A DNA stretch of 64,000 nucleotides, taken from positions 124,001 to 188,000 of IMG/VR virus record IMGVR_UViG_3300042350_004528; one strand, given 5' to 3'. The position numbers and the translations under genes were made by a program. Shown in pieces: positions 51,018-60,120 of the stretch; the stretch's first letter is position 1, and the number at the start of each line of letters is the position of its first letter. Below the pieces are notes generated by a model. The model ran no database searches. It was not told the origin of the DNA and saw nothing but the letters and a program-made list of their open reading frames with translations.

Positions 51018-52193
51018 TTAAATGTAATTAATAATCTTTTTAAATCTATTAATCGCCTCGTTAAGTTTCTCATCTTCTTCGTAAACTTTACCTTCAGCAC
51101 CAGCTCTCATTTTCATAAAAGAACCCTCTTCTTTAACTTCTTCCTGACCACCCTCTTCCATTGGCTTATCTTCACCTTCAGCAAAAGTACCGTCTTCTCT
51201 TACAGCGCCCGATTCAATATCATCCATACTTGGTACAGCGTATTTGTTAGTCTCTTGTTCTTCGTAATCTTTTATCATAGCTTCAATCTCATCAACACCA
51301 TCTTGAGCGTTTTTGGTGAAACCTGTTAGTCTGCTATAAGCATTACTCAACCACTGTTTAACTTTTCCGAACATTTCTTCAACACCCTCAAAAACTTTCG
51401 AACCATCAATCTTTAATTGGCCTTTAACCTTTGAGGCTACTTTAGAGTTTTCTAAAATTTGTTCAAGAACTTTTCTAGTGTTCTCGTTAACTTTTGTTAA
51501 CGCAGTCTCAAACGCATCTTTATATGATGTTGTTAATTTTTCAGATTCCTGGATTATTTCAACCAACATCTCATCTATTGAAATTTTTAGTTTTTCGGCA
51601 CCTTGGGTCTGACCTTTAAATGCATCCATAACCTCTGGAACCAAAGCGCTTTTTTGTGTTTCCAAATCAGCTATTGATTCTTTATAAGTTTTTAACGCCT
51701 CATCTAATTGAGTTTGAATTGTTTTTAATTCAGCTATTTTTTGGTTAATTGTATTTTCCATATTTTCATTTATATTTTTTTTATCGTCATTGGTTTTAAC
51801 ACCAATCTTGGTGGTTTTACCCCAAACTGATGTTCTTATTTTACCCTGTTTGTTTTTTAATGTCACCTCAACTTTTCCACTCGGCGTTTTAGCCCCACTT
51901 GAAACTGAAACTATTTCTTCACCACTGGTAATTATATCACCCTTTTTTAAGTATTGGGCTTCTTTTCGATCAACACCTTCCTGTAAACTTTTTTCATCTT
52001 TATCAATACCCATGGCAACTCTAAAATCATTATAATCGTAAGCCAAGTCGGTTGCATATCTGTAAACGGCTATATCAATTTTACCGTCTGGGTATTTACC
52101 CCAGCAATACACCCATTTCTCACCACCCATTTCAAATGGCGTTTCATCTCTGTATGGTTTGTAATATTCAACAACATCCATAGTACTTCTCAT
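51018..52193 (-). CDS. Multi-module protein with C-terminal tag KLNEAINRFKKII
   Basis: Modules separated by LQEG and INEN. Coiled coil. TATTTAT at 52211-52217 (minus). Confidence 0.7.
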   Translation of the reverse strand: MRSTMDVVEYYKPYRDETPFEMGGEKWVYCWGKYPDGKIDIAVYRYATDLAYDYNDFRVAMGIDKDEKSLQEGVDRKEAQYLKKGDIITSGEEIVSVSSGAKTPSGKVEVTLKNKQGKIRTSVWGKTTKIGVKTNDDKKNINENMENTINQKIAELKTIQTQLDEALKTYKESIADLETQKSALVPEVMDAFKGQTQGAEKLKISIDEMLVEIIQESEKLTTSYKDAFETALTKVNENTRKVLEQILENSKVASKVKGQLKIDGSKVFEGVEEMFGKVKQWLSNAYSRLTGFTKNAQDGVDEIEAMIKDYEEQETNKYAVPSMDDIESGAVREDGTFAEGEDKPMEEGGQEEVKEEGSFMKMRAGAEGKVYEEDEKLNEAINRFKKIINYI

Positions 52194-52270
52194 AATGTGA
52201 TATTTTAATGATAAATAGTTTGCTTTTAATTAAAGTTTCGTATATTTACATATAAATAAACCTTACCACT

Positions 52271-52426
52271 ATGACGTATTTTTTTTATTCAAAAAATGAC
52301 AAAAAAAGAGAACCGATTAAAACTTTAAATAATATTGGTTCAAGGCTAGCTGCGGCAAAATATTTTTCAGAGTTAAAAAAATTATCTCTTAAAGAGTTTT
52401 TGAAAGTTTTTTCTATTTCCAGGTAA
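52271..52426 (+). CDS. Small protein (51 aa, MTYFFYSKND...), not in ORF track
   Basis: ATG 52271 to TAA 52426, 1 nt before the next ATG. Confidence 0.55.
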   Translation: MTYFFYSKNDKKREPIKTLNNIGSRLAAAKYFSELKKLSLKEFLKVFSISR

Positions 52427-52427
52427 A

Positions 52428-52625
52428 ATGGGTTTTAATAAAAGGCATATAGATTTTGAAAGGATAAAAAGTCATTACAAGCAAGATGGTATTGAATCTT
52501 TAAAACTTTTATTCTCTCCTAAAGTTGATGCTTATATTTTTTCGGATATGATTTCTCACAAAATTTATGAAATGTTTGAGAATAAAGAATATAGAAAAAT
52601 ATCGTGCCTTATCAGAATTGATTAA
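52428..52625 (+). CDS. Hypothetical protein (MGFNKR...)
   Basis: 65-aa ORF. Confidence 0.6.
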   Translation: MGFNKRHIDFERIKSHYKQDGIESLKLLFSPKVDAYIFSDMISHKIYEMFENKEYRKISCLIRID

Positions 52626-52670
52626 AAATCTTTTACTAAACGGTGATATATTTATTCCAAAAATAAATAA

Positions 52671-52907
52671 ATGCACGGAAAAACCATAAAACAACTTTTA
52701 GCATTAAAAGAAGAACTCAATTCAATTTTAGAAACTCGTAGTGAGAAATTATTAGAATCAACCAAATCATCTTATCTTCAAGAAGAATTACAAAGAAACA
52801 TTGTCGATTACATCTCAGAAACAATTGACCAGATCGATATGATTATGGACAACATCGAAGGTGGTGAATATGATGAGAACGATAATGAAGAGTTAGATGA
52901 TTATTAA
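52671..52907 (+). CDS. Small acidic helical protein
   Basis: TATTTAT at 52649-52655. LKE/LLE/LQE sites. Confidence 0.65.
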   Translation: MHGKTIKQLLALKEELNSILETRSEKLLESTKSSYLQEELQRNIVDYISETIDQIDMIMDNIEGGEYDENDNEELDDY

Positions 52908-52960
52908 GATATTCCACCTTAGAGTGGTATTTTAGGATCGTTCATGGTTATGGACAAACT

Positions 52961-52991
52961 AAGGTCGGAATTCGCTACTCCGACCTTTTTT
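52961..52991 (+). terminator. Intrinsic terminator at the end of a structured 3' region
   Basis: AAGGTCGGA-ATTCGCTAC-TCCGACCTT followed by TTTT. Confidence 0.8.
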
Positions 52992-53027
52992 ATTTGCGCT
53001 GGATATTTATCTAAGTAACACATTTCA

Positions 53028-53645
53028 ATGAATCATCATATCGAAGACGAATTAAAACAAAAGTACCCAGACATCAGGTTTGAGTTATACCCAAATGAAA
53101 AGCACAAAAGGATATATCTCACTGGATTTATGGTTCCACCTAACATGCGTGGAACTGGTATTGGTACTTCTTTTATGAACGATTTAACAAGTCTTGCTGA
53201 TCAACACGGTTATAAATTAACATTAACACCATCAAGCAGTTATGGTGGAAATGTGAACAGATTGAAAGATTTCTACCAGAGATTTGGTTTTGTTTTTAAT
53301 AAAGGTGATAATCGTGATTTCACACACAAGGAAGATATGTACAGGGATCCTAAGATTAATGAAGAGGATTCGTCAAGCACATCGAGCACATCAAGTGGTT
53401 CAAGTGGTGGGACATCAGCCTCAAATAGTCCAGTACCAGATAGAGTTAAAAAAGGAAAAGCAAATCCAATATCAAATACTGGTAAATACGAATTTGGTAC
53501 AACCAGAGGAAAAGCAAATCCAATATCAAATACTGGTGCTTATGACTTTGGAACAAATCGTGGCCCAGCAAACCCAATATCAGAAAATAAAAATAATCGC
53601 CTGGATGAGGCGATTATTAATATGAAAAAATTGATTAATTTTTAA
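53028..53645 (+). CDS. GNAT-family acetyltransferase with RGKANP repeats and C-terminal tag
   Basis: VPPNMRGTGIGT (acetyl-CoA motif A), LKDFYQRFGF. Three (K/R)G(K/P)ANPIS repeats, then RLDEAIINMKKLI. Confidence 0.8.
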   Translation: MNHHIEDELKQKYPDIRFELYPNEKHKRIYLTGFMVPPNMRGTGIGTSFMNDLTSLADQHGYKLTLTPSSSYGGNVNRLKDFYQRFGFVFNKGDNRDFTHKEDMYRDPKINEEDSSSTSSTSSGSSGGTSASNSPVPDRVKKGKANPISNTGKYEFGTTRGKANPISNTGAYDFGTNRGPANPISENKNNRLDEAIINMKKLINF

Positions 53646-53646
53646 T

Positions 53647-54741
53647 TTAAGACCATTTGTTTAACATTTGGTAATTGTGAACTTCGTTCCATTTATTTGC
53701 GTCATAATTACCCCCTTTCCAATATTGGAATGAACCTATTCTTATATCACCCCCAGCTGTTAAGCCCAATCTGAAAATATTATCAAATATCAGTTCAGTT
53801 GTTCCAACTTGTTGTACATAATTTTCATTACTATCATCAGCAATAAATAGTTGACCAGCATCGTTTCTACCAAAAATAAGGGTTATCCAAGTATTAACTT
53901 GTGCACTCATTGATACGGTATCAGCACCCATAGTAAATTGGTATACGTTTGTAGCAATATCATATCTAAGTCTCGTAATCCCCCCATCAGCATAAATTAT
54001 TGCTGGTGAATTACTGGCCTGCGGTGTGAATCTGAGCCTCAACGCAAACATAAAAGACTCACCAGATGAAGTATTAAGGGGTGCTATATATGAAGCCGCA
54101 TTGGATGAATCTAAATCTATGTATAAATTTGCCGCATTAAATCTTCTATTATAAGTTGAATTATCGCCCGCGGTTTGTATTGATGTGGAGATATTTCCAG
54201 CGACATTTTTTGTAAACCATCTTTCTATTACACCATCAGTTGCTTGAACCAAATCGTAACATTTTGTTAAATTAGTCTCAAGAATGTCGCAATTAAGATT
54301 ACCGAAATCAATATTTAACATTAAATTAGGGGTGTCAGCGTATTTGTATTTTGATAAATCAGCCAAAAAATGATTTAAATTTTCATTTTCAATAACGTAT
54401 CTTTTGGCAACATCCACGTCACTATAATACGTGCCATCAATTTTTATTGAATGCAAACTATTAATTATGTGTACAATTTCCGCATTGGTTTTACCAGTGA
54501 CGTGATATGTTGGAATCGTGGGCTCACCGCCAACACCTTCTACATTTCCTCTTGATACGATATAATATTTTTCGCCACCAAAATTACCCGCAGGATAACC
54601 TGGTCTCCAAGTAAGACCCGTTGAATTTCCGTCTTGAAAATTAAACCCTTCATTAATGTGGCCATAGCAATATTTACCAATTCTATGATATTGATCAATC
54701 GTTGGTGCGGTACCGTATTGTATAGTTACTGGAACTGACAT
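53647..54741 (-). CDS. Putative virion protein with degenerate LamG-like domain
   Basis: Architecture resembles the first half of 34640..36325 (NLMLNIDFG, NTWITLIFGR). TATTTAT at 54758-54764 (minus). Confidence 0.5.
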   Translation of the reverse strand: MSVPVTIQYGTAPTIDQYHRIGKYCYGHINEGFNFQDGNSTGLTWRPGYPAGNFGGEKYYIVSRGNVEGVGGEPTIPTYHVTGKTNAEIVHIINSLHSIKIDGTYYSDVDVAKRYVIENENLNHFLADLSKYKYADTPNLMLNIDFGNLNCDILETNLTKCYDLVQATDGVIERWFTKNVAGNISTSIQTAGDNSTYNRRFNAANLYIDLDSSNAASYIAPLNTSSGESFMFALRLRFTPQASNSPAIIYADGGITRLRYDIATNVYQFTMGADTVSMSAQVNTWITLIFGRNDAGQLFIADDSNENYVQQVGTTELIFDNIFRLGLTAGGDIRIGSFQYWKGGNYDANKWNEVHNYQMLNKWS

Positions 54742-54804
54742 AATTTAATATTTTACAATAAATAGTATTAAAGTTTAAAATAACTCGAGATATTTATATT
54801 ATAT

Positions 54805-55518
54805 ATGAATTTAAACGAGCAGATATTAAGAATGAAAACCATGATCGGTTTATCCGAGGTTACCATTCCACAATCAATTAAAAAATCGGTTGGTGATGTT
54901 TTGTTTGGTTCAAATCCAATAATTGCAAAAATTCAAAACAAACCAATTGAAAAGAATACCCCATACGAGGATAACCTGGTTGACAAAATAAAGGATTGGA
55001 CATTTCAATCAACAGAAAAATCCGAGATGGGCGTTGTATCAACAATATCCGATTTAATTAAACTAAAAAAATATTTTCCAGAGGTTCTCAACCCACCGTA
55101 TGGTGAAAAAGTTTACAGAGGAACATCGGTTAAATTACCAGAGCTATCCAAATTCATAAAAGAAAACCCAGAACATGATGTTTTGGATAACGGTGCGGTT
55201 AAATTTAAAACACCCTACCAGTATACCCCAAAAAGAGAAGTTAGTAGTTGGAGTGCATCCTTGTTCTACGCATCATCATTTCAGGGCAAATCATTCGAGA
55301 GTGCTGTGAATGTCCCAGTTATTTTTGAAACAACTGTCGATGACACATTCATTATGAATCCAAAAGTTATGAACATCATATTTAAATCAACGGGCGGTGT
55401 TCACCAGGATTTTATAAGGGACGAGGACGAGATTATGAAGTACAACCCGAGTGGTACTTACCATCTAATTTTGTCAGAAGACGAATACGAAATATTCGCA
55501 CCAAATGCCGAGGTCTAA
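54805..55518 (+). CDS. Putative ADP-ribosyltransferase (R-S-E type) with N-terminal tag
   Basis: KVYRG, VSSWSASLFYASSF and RDEDEI follow the R / SxS / ExE order. N-terminus LNEQILRMKTMIGL. Confidence 0.6.
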   Translation: MNLNEQILRMKTMIGLSEVTIPQSIKKSVGDVLFGSNPIIAKIQNKPIEKNTPYEDNLVDKIKDWTFQSTEKSEMGVVSTISDLIKLKKYFPEVLNPPYGEKVYRGTSVKLPELSKFIKENPEHDVLDNGAVKFKTPYQYTPKREVSSWSASLFYASSFQGKSFESAVNVPVIFETTVDDTFIMNPKVMNIIFKSTGGVHQDFIRDEDEIMKYNPSGTYHLILSEDEYEIFAPNAEV

Positions 55519-55605
55519 AACCGCCGAAGGCGGTTGCGAAAAAATTTTTCTTTTAAATGAATTTTTCTTATTTTTGTGATATATATGTAAAATAATCAGA
55601 ATATA

Positions 55606-55788
55606 ATGTCGATGACCAACGAAGAAATAGCAGAAGAAATCTACCACCAAGCGTTTGATCTCGGATTTATCGATTTACTTCGTGAAAAGGTTGGTTATAT
55701 TTACAAAACAACGCATGTGAAAGATCACAGTGATGTTGTGCAAAAAGCATATAATTTATTGGTTACAGAAGGTTTGATACAACTATGA
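55606..55788 (+). CDS. Hypothetical protein (60 aa)
   Basis: Its TGA overlaps the ATG of the Asn leader peptide. Confidence 0.6.
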   Translation: MSMTNEEIAEEIYHQAFDLGFIDLLREKVGYIYKTTHVKDHSDVVQKAYNLLVTEGLIQL

Positions 55789-55864
55789 GATTCAGAAGAA
55801 AATACAATAACAATAATAATAAAATAGTAATTGGAAATCCTGTCATTTGACAGGATTTTTTTTT
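55785..55864 (+). promoter_or_regulatory. Putative Asn-sensing attenuator: leader peptide MRFRRKYNNNNNKIVIGNPVI* (55785-55850) overlapping a terminator (55835-55864)
   Basis: Five consecutive Asn codons plus a sixth in the stem. Hairpin AAATCCTGTC-ATTT-GACAGGATTT followed by a T run, 28 nt before the AsnRS-like gene. Confidence 0.7.
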
Positions 55865-55892
55865 GCGCCAAAAATTAAACAAAAAAAAACAA

Positions 55893-56708
55893 ATGAAAAA
55901 CACAGAAACTTACAATGAACTCGTGCAGAAGATGCGCAAATTCTTTCTTGAAAGAGGATTCAAGGAAGTGCCAACACAATCAAGATTATCAATTCTCGCG
56001 GCTTGTGAGAACCCACACTCGGTTAAAACGTTCGAGTATGGTGGTTTGATCTGGCCGTTGCCACAGACTGGACAGATGTGGCTTGAGTATGAGTTGTTAA
56101 AGAATCCAGAATGGAATGGCGTATTTTGCGTATCAACATCGTACAGAGAAGAAAAGAACCCAATCCCAGGAAGGCATGAGCTTATCTTCCCAATGTTTGA
56201 GTTTGAGTCAAAGGGAACCATGGAGGATTTAATCAAAATGGAAGGCGACCTTTTGGCTTATCTTGGATTTGGTGATGAGATGGTTCAAGTTAAATACGAT
56301 GATGTGTGTGAGGAATACGGTGGGGTACCAATTCTTGAGGATGAGCATGAATCCAGAATGTGGAATGAAAAGGGTAATGTTGTTTCATTACAACACTTCC
56401 CAATCAGAACAAATCCATTCTGGAACATGAAACACAATAACGATGGGATTTTCAACAAGGTTGATGTGATTCTTTACGGACAGGAAACAATTGGATCCGC
56501 CGAGAGAAGCTGCGATGTTGAGAAGATGAGAGAAATGTTTTATGCTATTGAGAACGGTGCGTATTGCGCCAAGTTGTTCGAGTTATTCGGAAAAGAAAGG
56601 GTTGAGGCTGAGCTTGAGGAATTCTTGAAGCACAATTTCTTCCCAAGATATGGTGGTGGAATCGGGATGACCAGAATGGCCAGAGCGTATGAGTTATTAA
56701 AGAAATAA
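55893..56708 (+). CDS. Class II aaRS (Asn/Asp) catalytic-domain-only protein, probably an asparagine synthetase of the AsnRS-derived type
   Basis: Motif 1 (MRKFFLERGFKEV), motif 2 (SYREE...GRHELIFPMFEFE), ETIGSAER, motif 3 (GGGIGMTRM). No anticodon-binding domain. Confidence 0.8.
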   Translation: MKNTETYNELVQKMRKFFLERGFKEVPTQSRLSILAACENPHSVKTFEYGGLIWPLPQTGQMWLEYELLKNPEWNGVFCVSTSYREEKNPIPGRHELIFPMFEFESKGTMEDLIKMEGDLLAYLGFGDEMVQVKYDDVCEEYGGVPILEDEHESRMWNEKGNVVSLQHFPIRTNPFWNMKHNNDGIFNKVDVILYGQETIGSAERSCDVEKMREMFYAIENGAYCAKLFELFGKERVEAELEEFLKHNFFPRYGGGIGMTRMARAYELLKK

Positions 56709-56732
56709 AAAAAGGGGCGAAAGCCCCTTTTT
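56709..56732. terminator. Bidirectional terminator
   Basis: AAAAAGGGGC-GAAA-GCCCCTTTTT. Confidence 0.9.
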
Positions 56733-56742
56733 CTTTTTATCT

Positions 56743-57360
56743 TTAATCTTCTCCGCCCCAATCTTTATAATCACCAAATCTTTCGTTGTCTTCATAACCA
56801 GCGTTGTACGCTTCGATTTCTTCTGGTGTTAAATCGGTGATTCTCTCACCTTTGTAAGTTCCTTCTGGATACTTATGTGGGCTCTTGGGTCTTCTGTAAT
56901 ATGAATCGGCGTGACCGCGATCATATGGTGATCCGTGCGAATCATCGTATTTCTCACTTCTACCCTCCTGAAATATTTCAGTTCTTGGTTCATCGTAATG
57001 ATCCAACTTACCTATTGGGTAACGTTCGCCCGTCTCAGCGTTGTATTTAATGATTATCTTACCATCATCACTATCACCTATAAAATAATGTACATTATCA
57101 TCAGCTAAACTATAATATAATGGTCTGTCATAATCGTCAAACTCTCTTTGAACAACTTTTTCACCACTTGCGGATTCGATCGCGGCTTTTTCGAAATCGA
57201 AATCACTTTCCATTTCCTCGCCACCTCTTTCGGAATTATAGTTAAAAATATCATCGGTGTATGCATTTGGATTATCCACCTTTGATAGATCAATTTCTTC
57301 ATTAAGACCCATTATTTTGCGGAGTCTCGCAATTTCTTCATTTAATGTATTCTTTTTCAT
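56743..57360 (-). CDS. Tagged multi-module protein (LNEEIARLRKIMGL)
   Basis: Start MKKNTLNEE at 57360, TATTTAT at 57380-57386. C-terminal small domain HGSPYDRGHADSYY...AYNAGY. Confidence 0.75.
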   Translation of the reverse strand: MKKNTLNEEIARLRKIMGLNEEIDLSKVDNPNAYTDDIFNYNSERGGEEMESDFDFEKAAIESASGEKVVQREFDDYDRPLYYSLADDNVHYFIGDSDDGKIIIKYNAETGERYPIGKLDHYDEPRTEIFQEGRSEKYDDSHGSPYDRGHADSYYRRPKSPHKYPEGTYKGERITDLTPEEIEAYNAGYEDNERFGDYKDWGGED

Positions 57361-57415
57361 AGAAAAAAACAATTTATTGATAAATAGTTTGTCAAATCCA
57401 AAAATATTTATGAAC

Positions 57416-57724
57416 ATGGTAAAACTTTTTGAGAGAATACATATCCCATTGTGGATCGCAAAGGATATGTTCTGGATGTTGGGTCAGGGCGAACTCTCAT
57501 TGGCTTTCGCGATACCAACCATAATATTATCAACAATACTCATAACAGTAAAACAGGGGTCGGAAAGGTGGCTCGAGATGATGATGGCCTTTTGGTTATC
57601 AGCCAATACCTTATGGATGTCCCACGAGCTTTTTCATACGGACACAAAAGAAATTGCATTAACCTGTTTTTTATTTGGCATTTTAACAATTCCAATCTAT
57701 TTATTAAAGATAAAAGAAGAATAA
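57416..57724 (+). CDS. Small multi-pass membrane protein
   Basis: HIPLWIAKDMFWM..., about four hydrophobic segments. Start at 57410 or 57416. Confidence 0.65.
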   Translation: MVKLFERIHIPLWIAKDMFWMLGQGELSLAFAIPTIILSTILITVKQGSERWLEMMMAFWLSANTLWMSHELFHTDTKEIALTCFLFGILTIPIYLLKIKEE

Positions 57725-57732
57725 AACTAGTT

Positions 57733-59307
57733 ATGAAACTAACTGAGGAAATAAAGAAAATGCAATCCATGATGGGCATTATGTCCGAGGATGTGAAAAT
57801 ATACGCAAACGGTGTTGGATCTGAGGTGTTTAATGATAACGAACATTACGGAAAGGTTGATGATATTAATTTAAATGACACCATAGCAAATGAACCGTTT
57901 AAGGATATGGAATACATGGATAAAAGTTCCAATGTCGATGATATGGTTCAAGCCTTGAAATCTGGTGAAGAGCTGCCACCAATACTTGTTATTCAACACC
58001 CCTTCGACCAATCAAAATATTTGGTTGTCGATGGAAACCATAGAAGATACGCATATGACCGCGCAGGTGCTGATAAGATTCCAGCCGTTGTGATTAAACC
58101 AGAGGATGTTTTGTTAATGCAATCCGATTGGGGTGATCCAGAGGAAAAGGCGATCAGATTATCTGATGTTATATCCGATCCAGAGTTGTTTGCTCGAGAA
58201 AACACAAGAATGTTAATTGACAAGTATTTTGTTAAACCAGACGGATCACATGAGTTCGAATTGAATGAAAATTTATATGAGGAAAAGAAAAAAGCCGATC
58301 GTTGTTTAAGAATAGCGAGAAGAAAATACAGCAAACCATCAGCATATAGATCTGGTGCAATCGTTCAATGCAGAAGAGGAAAGATATGGAGAGGTTTGAA
58401 GGAAGAGGAGATCCAAATGATTGACAACGCACCAGAGGAAATGCAAGGTTTGATCGCCAAGGCTCACGATGCTTTGACGTGGAAGAGGGGTCGAAAAGAA
58501 TATGCTCCAGATTTTAATGAACTTCAAACATGGGTGGATGCTTATTTGGAGACTGACGGTGGAATGCATGAAGCGAAGAAAACCGATTTCTCAAAGGAGA
58601 AAAAGAGCGGACTTCACGGATGGTTTTCAAGAAGAGGTGGTGGCGGAAGCAAAGGATGGGTTGATTGCAACACATGCAGAAAAGTTGACGGAAAGAAAAA
58701 ATGCAAGGCTTGTGGAAGACAAAAGGGTGAGGTGAGAGCCAAGTACCCATCATGCAGACCAACACCAGCATCATGCGGAACACCAGGAAAGGGAAAATCT
58801 TGGGGCAAGACAAAGGAAGAGGGTTACAGCTTGAATGAAGCCAAGGAGATGAAGAGAGTTGCTTTGCTTTTCATTGTGATTGACAACGAAGCGTTGTTGT
58901 TCAAGAGAAGCGAAGACGAAACAACAAATCCAGGAAAATACGGAATGCTTGGTGGTGGAATTGAAAAGAATGAAACGCCAGAGGAAGCAATCGTGAGAGA
59001 GATCAGAGAAGAAGCTGGTGTTGAGTTGAAATCATTCAAACCACTGAAGAAATATATTTACAACAACGAGTGTGAATTAAACGTATTCTACACAAACGAA
59101 TTTCCAATTGATGATGTTGTGCTTGACAAGAACGAACACACATCGTACAAATATTTCACGATGGAACAATTGATAGATATGGATCCAAAGGATATGATTG
59201 GTTCCAACAAAGAAATCGCGAAGGATTACAACGAGATCGCAAACAAGAAAAAGAAATTGGAAGAAGAGATAGAGAGAATAAAAGCTACGATGAAGATTCT
59301 TATTTAA
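57733..59307 (+). CDS. Tagged polyprotein-like fusion: ParB/Srx domain, two Cys-rich basic modules, NUDIX hydrolase
   Basis: LPPILV...VDGNHRR (ParB). PSAYRSGAIVQC and GWVDCNTC...CGR...YPSCRP modules. Nudix box GGGIEKNETPEEAIVREIREEAG. Tags at both termini. Start at 57733. Confidence 0.8.
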   Translation: MKLTEEIKKMQSMMGIMSEDVKIYANGVGSEVFNDNEHYGKVDDINLNDTIANEPFKDMEYMDKSSNVDDMVQALKSGEELPPILVIQHPFDQSKYLVVDGNHRRYAYDRAGADKIPAVVIKPEDVLLMQSDWGDPEEKAIRLSDVISDPELFARENTRMLIDKYFVKPDGSHEFELNENLYEEKKKADRCLRIARRKYSKPSAYRSGAIVQCRRGKIWRGLKEEEIQMIDNAPEEMQGLIAKAHDALTWKRGRKEYAPDFNELQTWVDAYLETDGGMHEAKKTDFSKEKKSGLHGWFSRRGGGGSKGWVDCNTCRKVDGKKKCKACGRQKGEVRAKYPSCRPTPASCGTPGKGKSWGKTKEEGYSLNEAKEMKRVALLFIVIDNEALLFKRSEDETTNPGKYGMLGGGIEKNETPEEAIVREIREEAGVELKSFKPLKKYIYNNECELNVFYTNEFPIDDVVLDKNEHTSYKYFTMEQLIDMDPKDMIGSNKEIAKDYNEIANKKKKLEEEIERIKATMKILI

Positions 59308-59413
59308 CCTTCGCAAAGACAAACGCTACCTTCACATTCTGGGCAGCAAGTTCCTGGTTCAACCACGGGTAAAAACATTAAAGACAATTTTTATTATAGA
59401 AAAAAAGGATCGA

Positions 59414-59965
59414 TTAGTTCGATCCATTTTCATTTATATTCTTTTCAACATTCTGTTTCATCCCGCGAACCATTTTAAGAAGACTGGAGTTATCGGTCTT
59501 AACGATGGTTGTCACCTGTGGTTCAGGTTCACGTGGCATTATCATGGCTGATACCTCACCGTCCCCAGAACCAGAACCGCCAGTTTCCATGCGAAGAGTT
59601 CTTTCGAAACGAACTGGTGAGCTGGTTGAGGTTGAAACAACTTTATTATGTGTCTTTTGAGCTTCACTCTCCATATTGGTCAACATCTCAAGAATTTCCT
59701 TCTCACGAGATATGAATCTGTCCGTGCAAACGGTTTGATTGCTGATAACAATATCATTAAGTTCATTCACCCTGTCACTAAGGCTCTTTATCATAACCTT
59801 TTGGTTTTCCACCTTGTGTAATAATTCCTCATTATCTTGGGTAAGACCTTCGATAAGCTTAGGGCCAATTGAGATAATCACAATGGACAAAAGAACAATC
59901 CCAAGAGCAGCAAGACGCTGTTTCATGGAGATCTTTGAGATGATTTCTGAAATATATTTAAACAT
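59414..59965 (-). CDS. Membrane-anchored coiled-coil protein
   Basis: TM LAALGIVLLSIVIISIG followed by a coiled coil. TATTTAT at 59984-59990 (minus). Confidence 0.65.
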   Translation of the reverse strand: MFKYISEIISKISMKQRLAALGIVLLSIVIISIGPKLIEGLTQDNEELLHKVENQKVMIKSLSDRVNELNDIVISNQTVCTDRFISREKEILEMLTNMESEAQKTHNKVVSTSTSSPVRFERTLRMETGGSGSGDGEVSAMIMPREPEPQVTTIVKTDNSSLLKMVRGMKQNVEKNINENGSN

Positions 59966-60120
59966 GTCTCTATTTGTTTAAATATAAATATTCGTGTTTA
60001 CAGTAAATTGTTTACTGTAAACTAAATTAAAAGCAACGGGGGTAAAAATTACCATAATGTGTCACCATCCCCAGGAGGGTGTTCGGAATAAAGGGTTTGT
60101 AAAAATTGTGGGGTTATGAA

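Noticed and set aside
55893-56708. Functional asparaginyl-tRNA synthetase
   Set aside because: Only 271 aa with no anticodon-binding OB domain. Better explained as an aaRS paralogue.
57257-57732. Long upstream extensions given in the ORF track (57451, 57257, 57417; likewise 5736, 9668, 45759, 55863, 60884)
   Set aside because: They overlap neighbouring genes or promoter motifs. Downstream ATGs fit the promoter spacing and N-terminal tags better.
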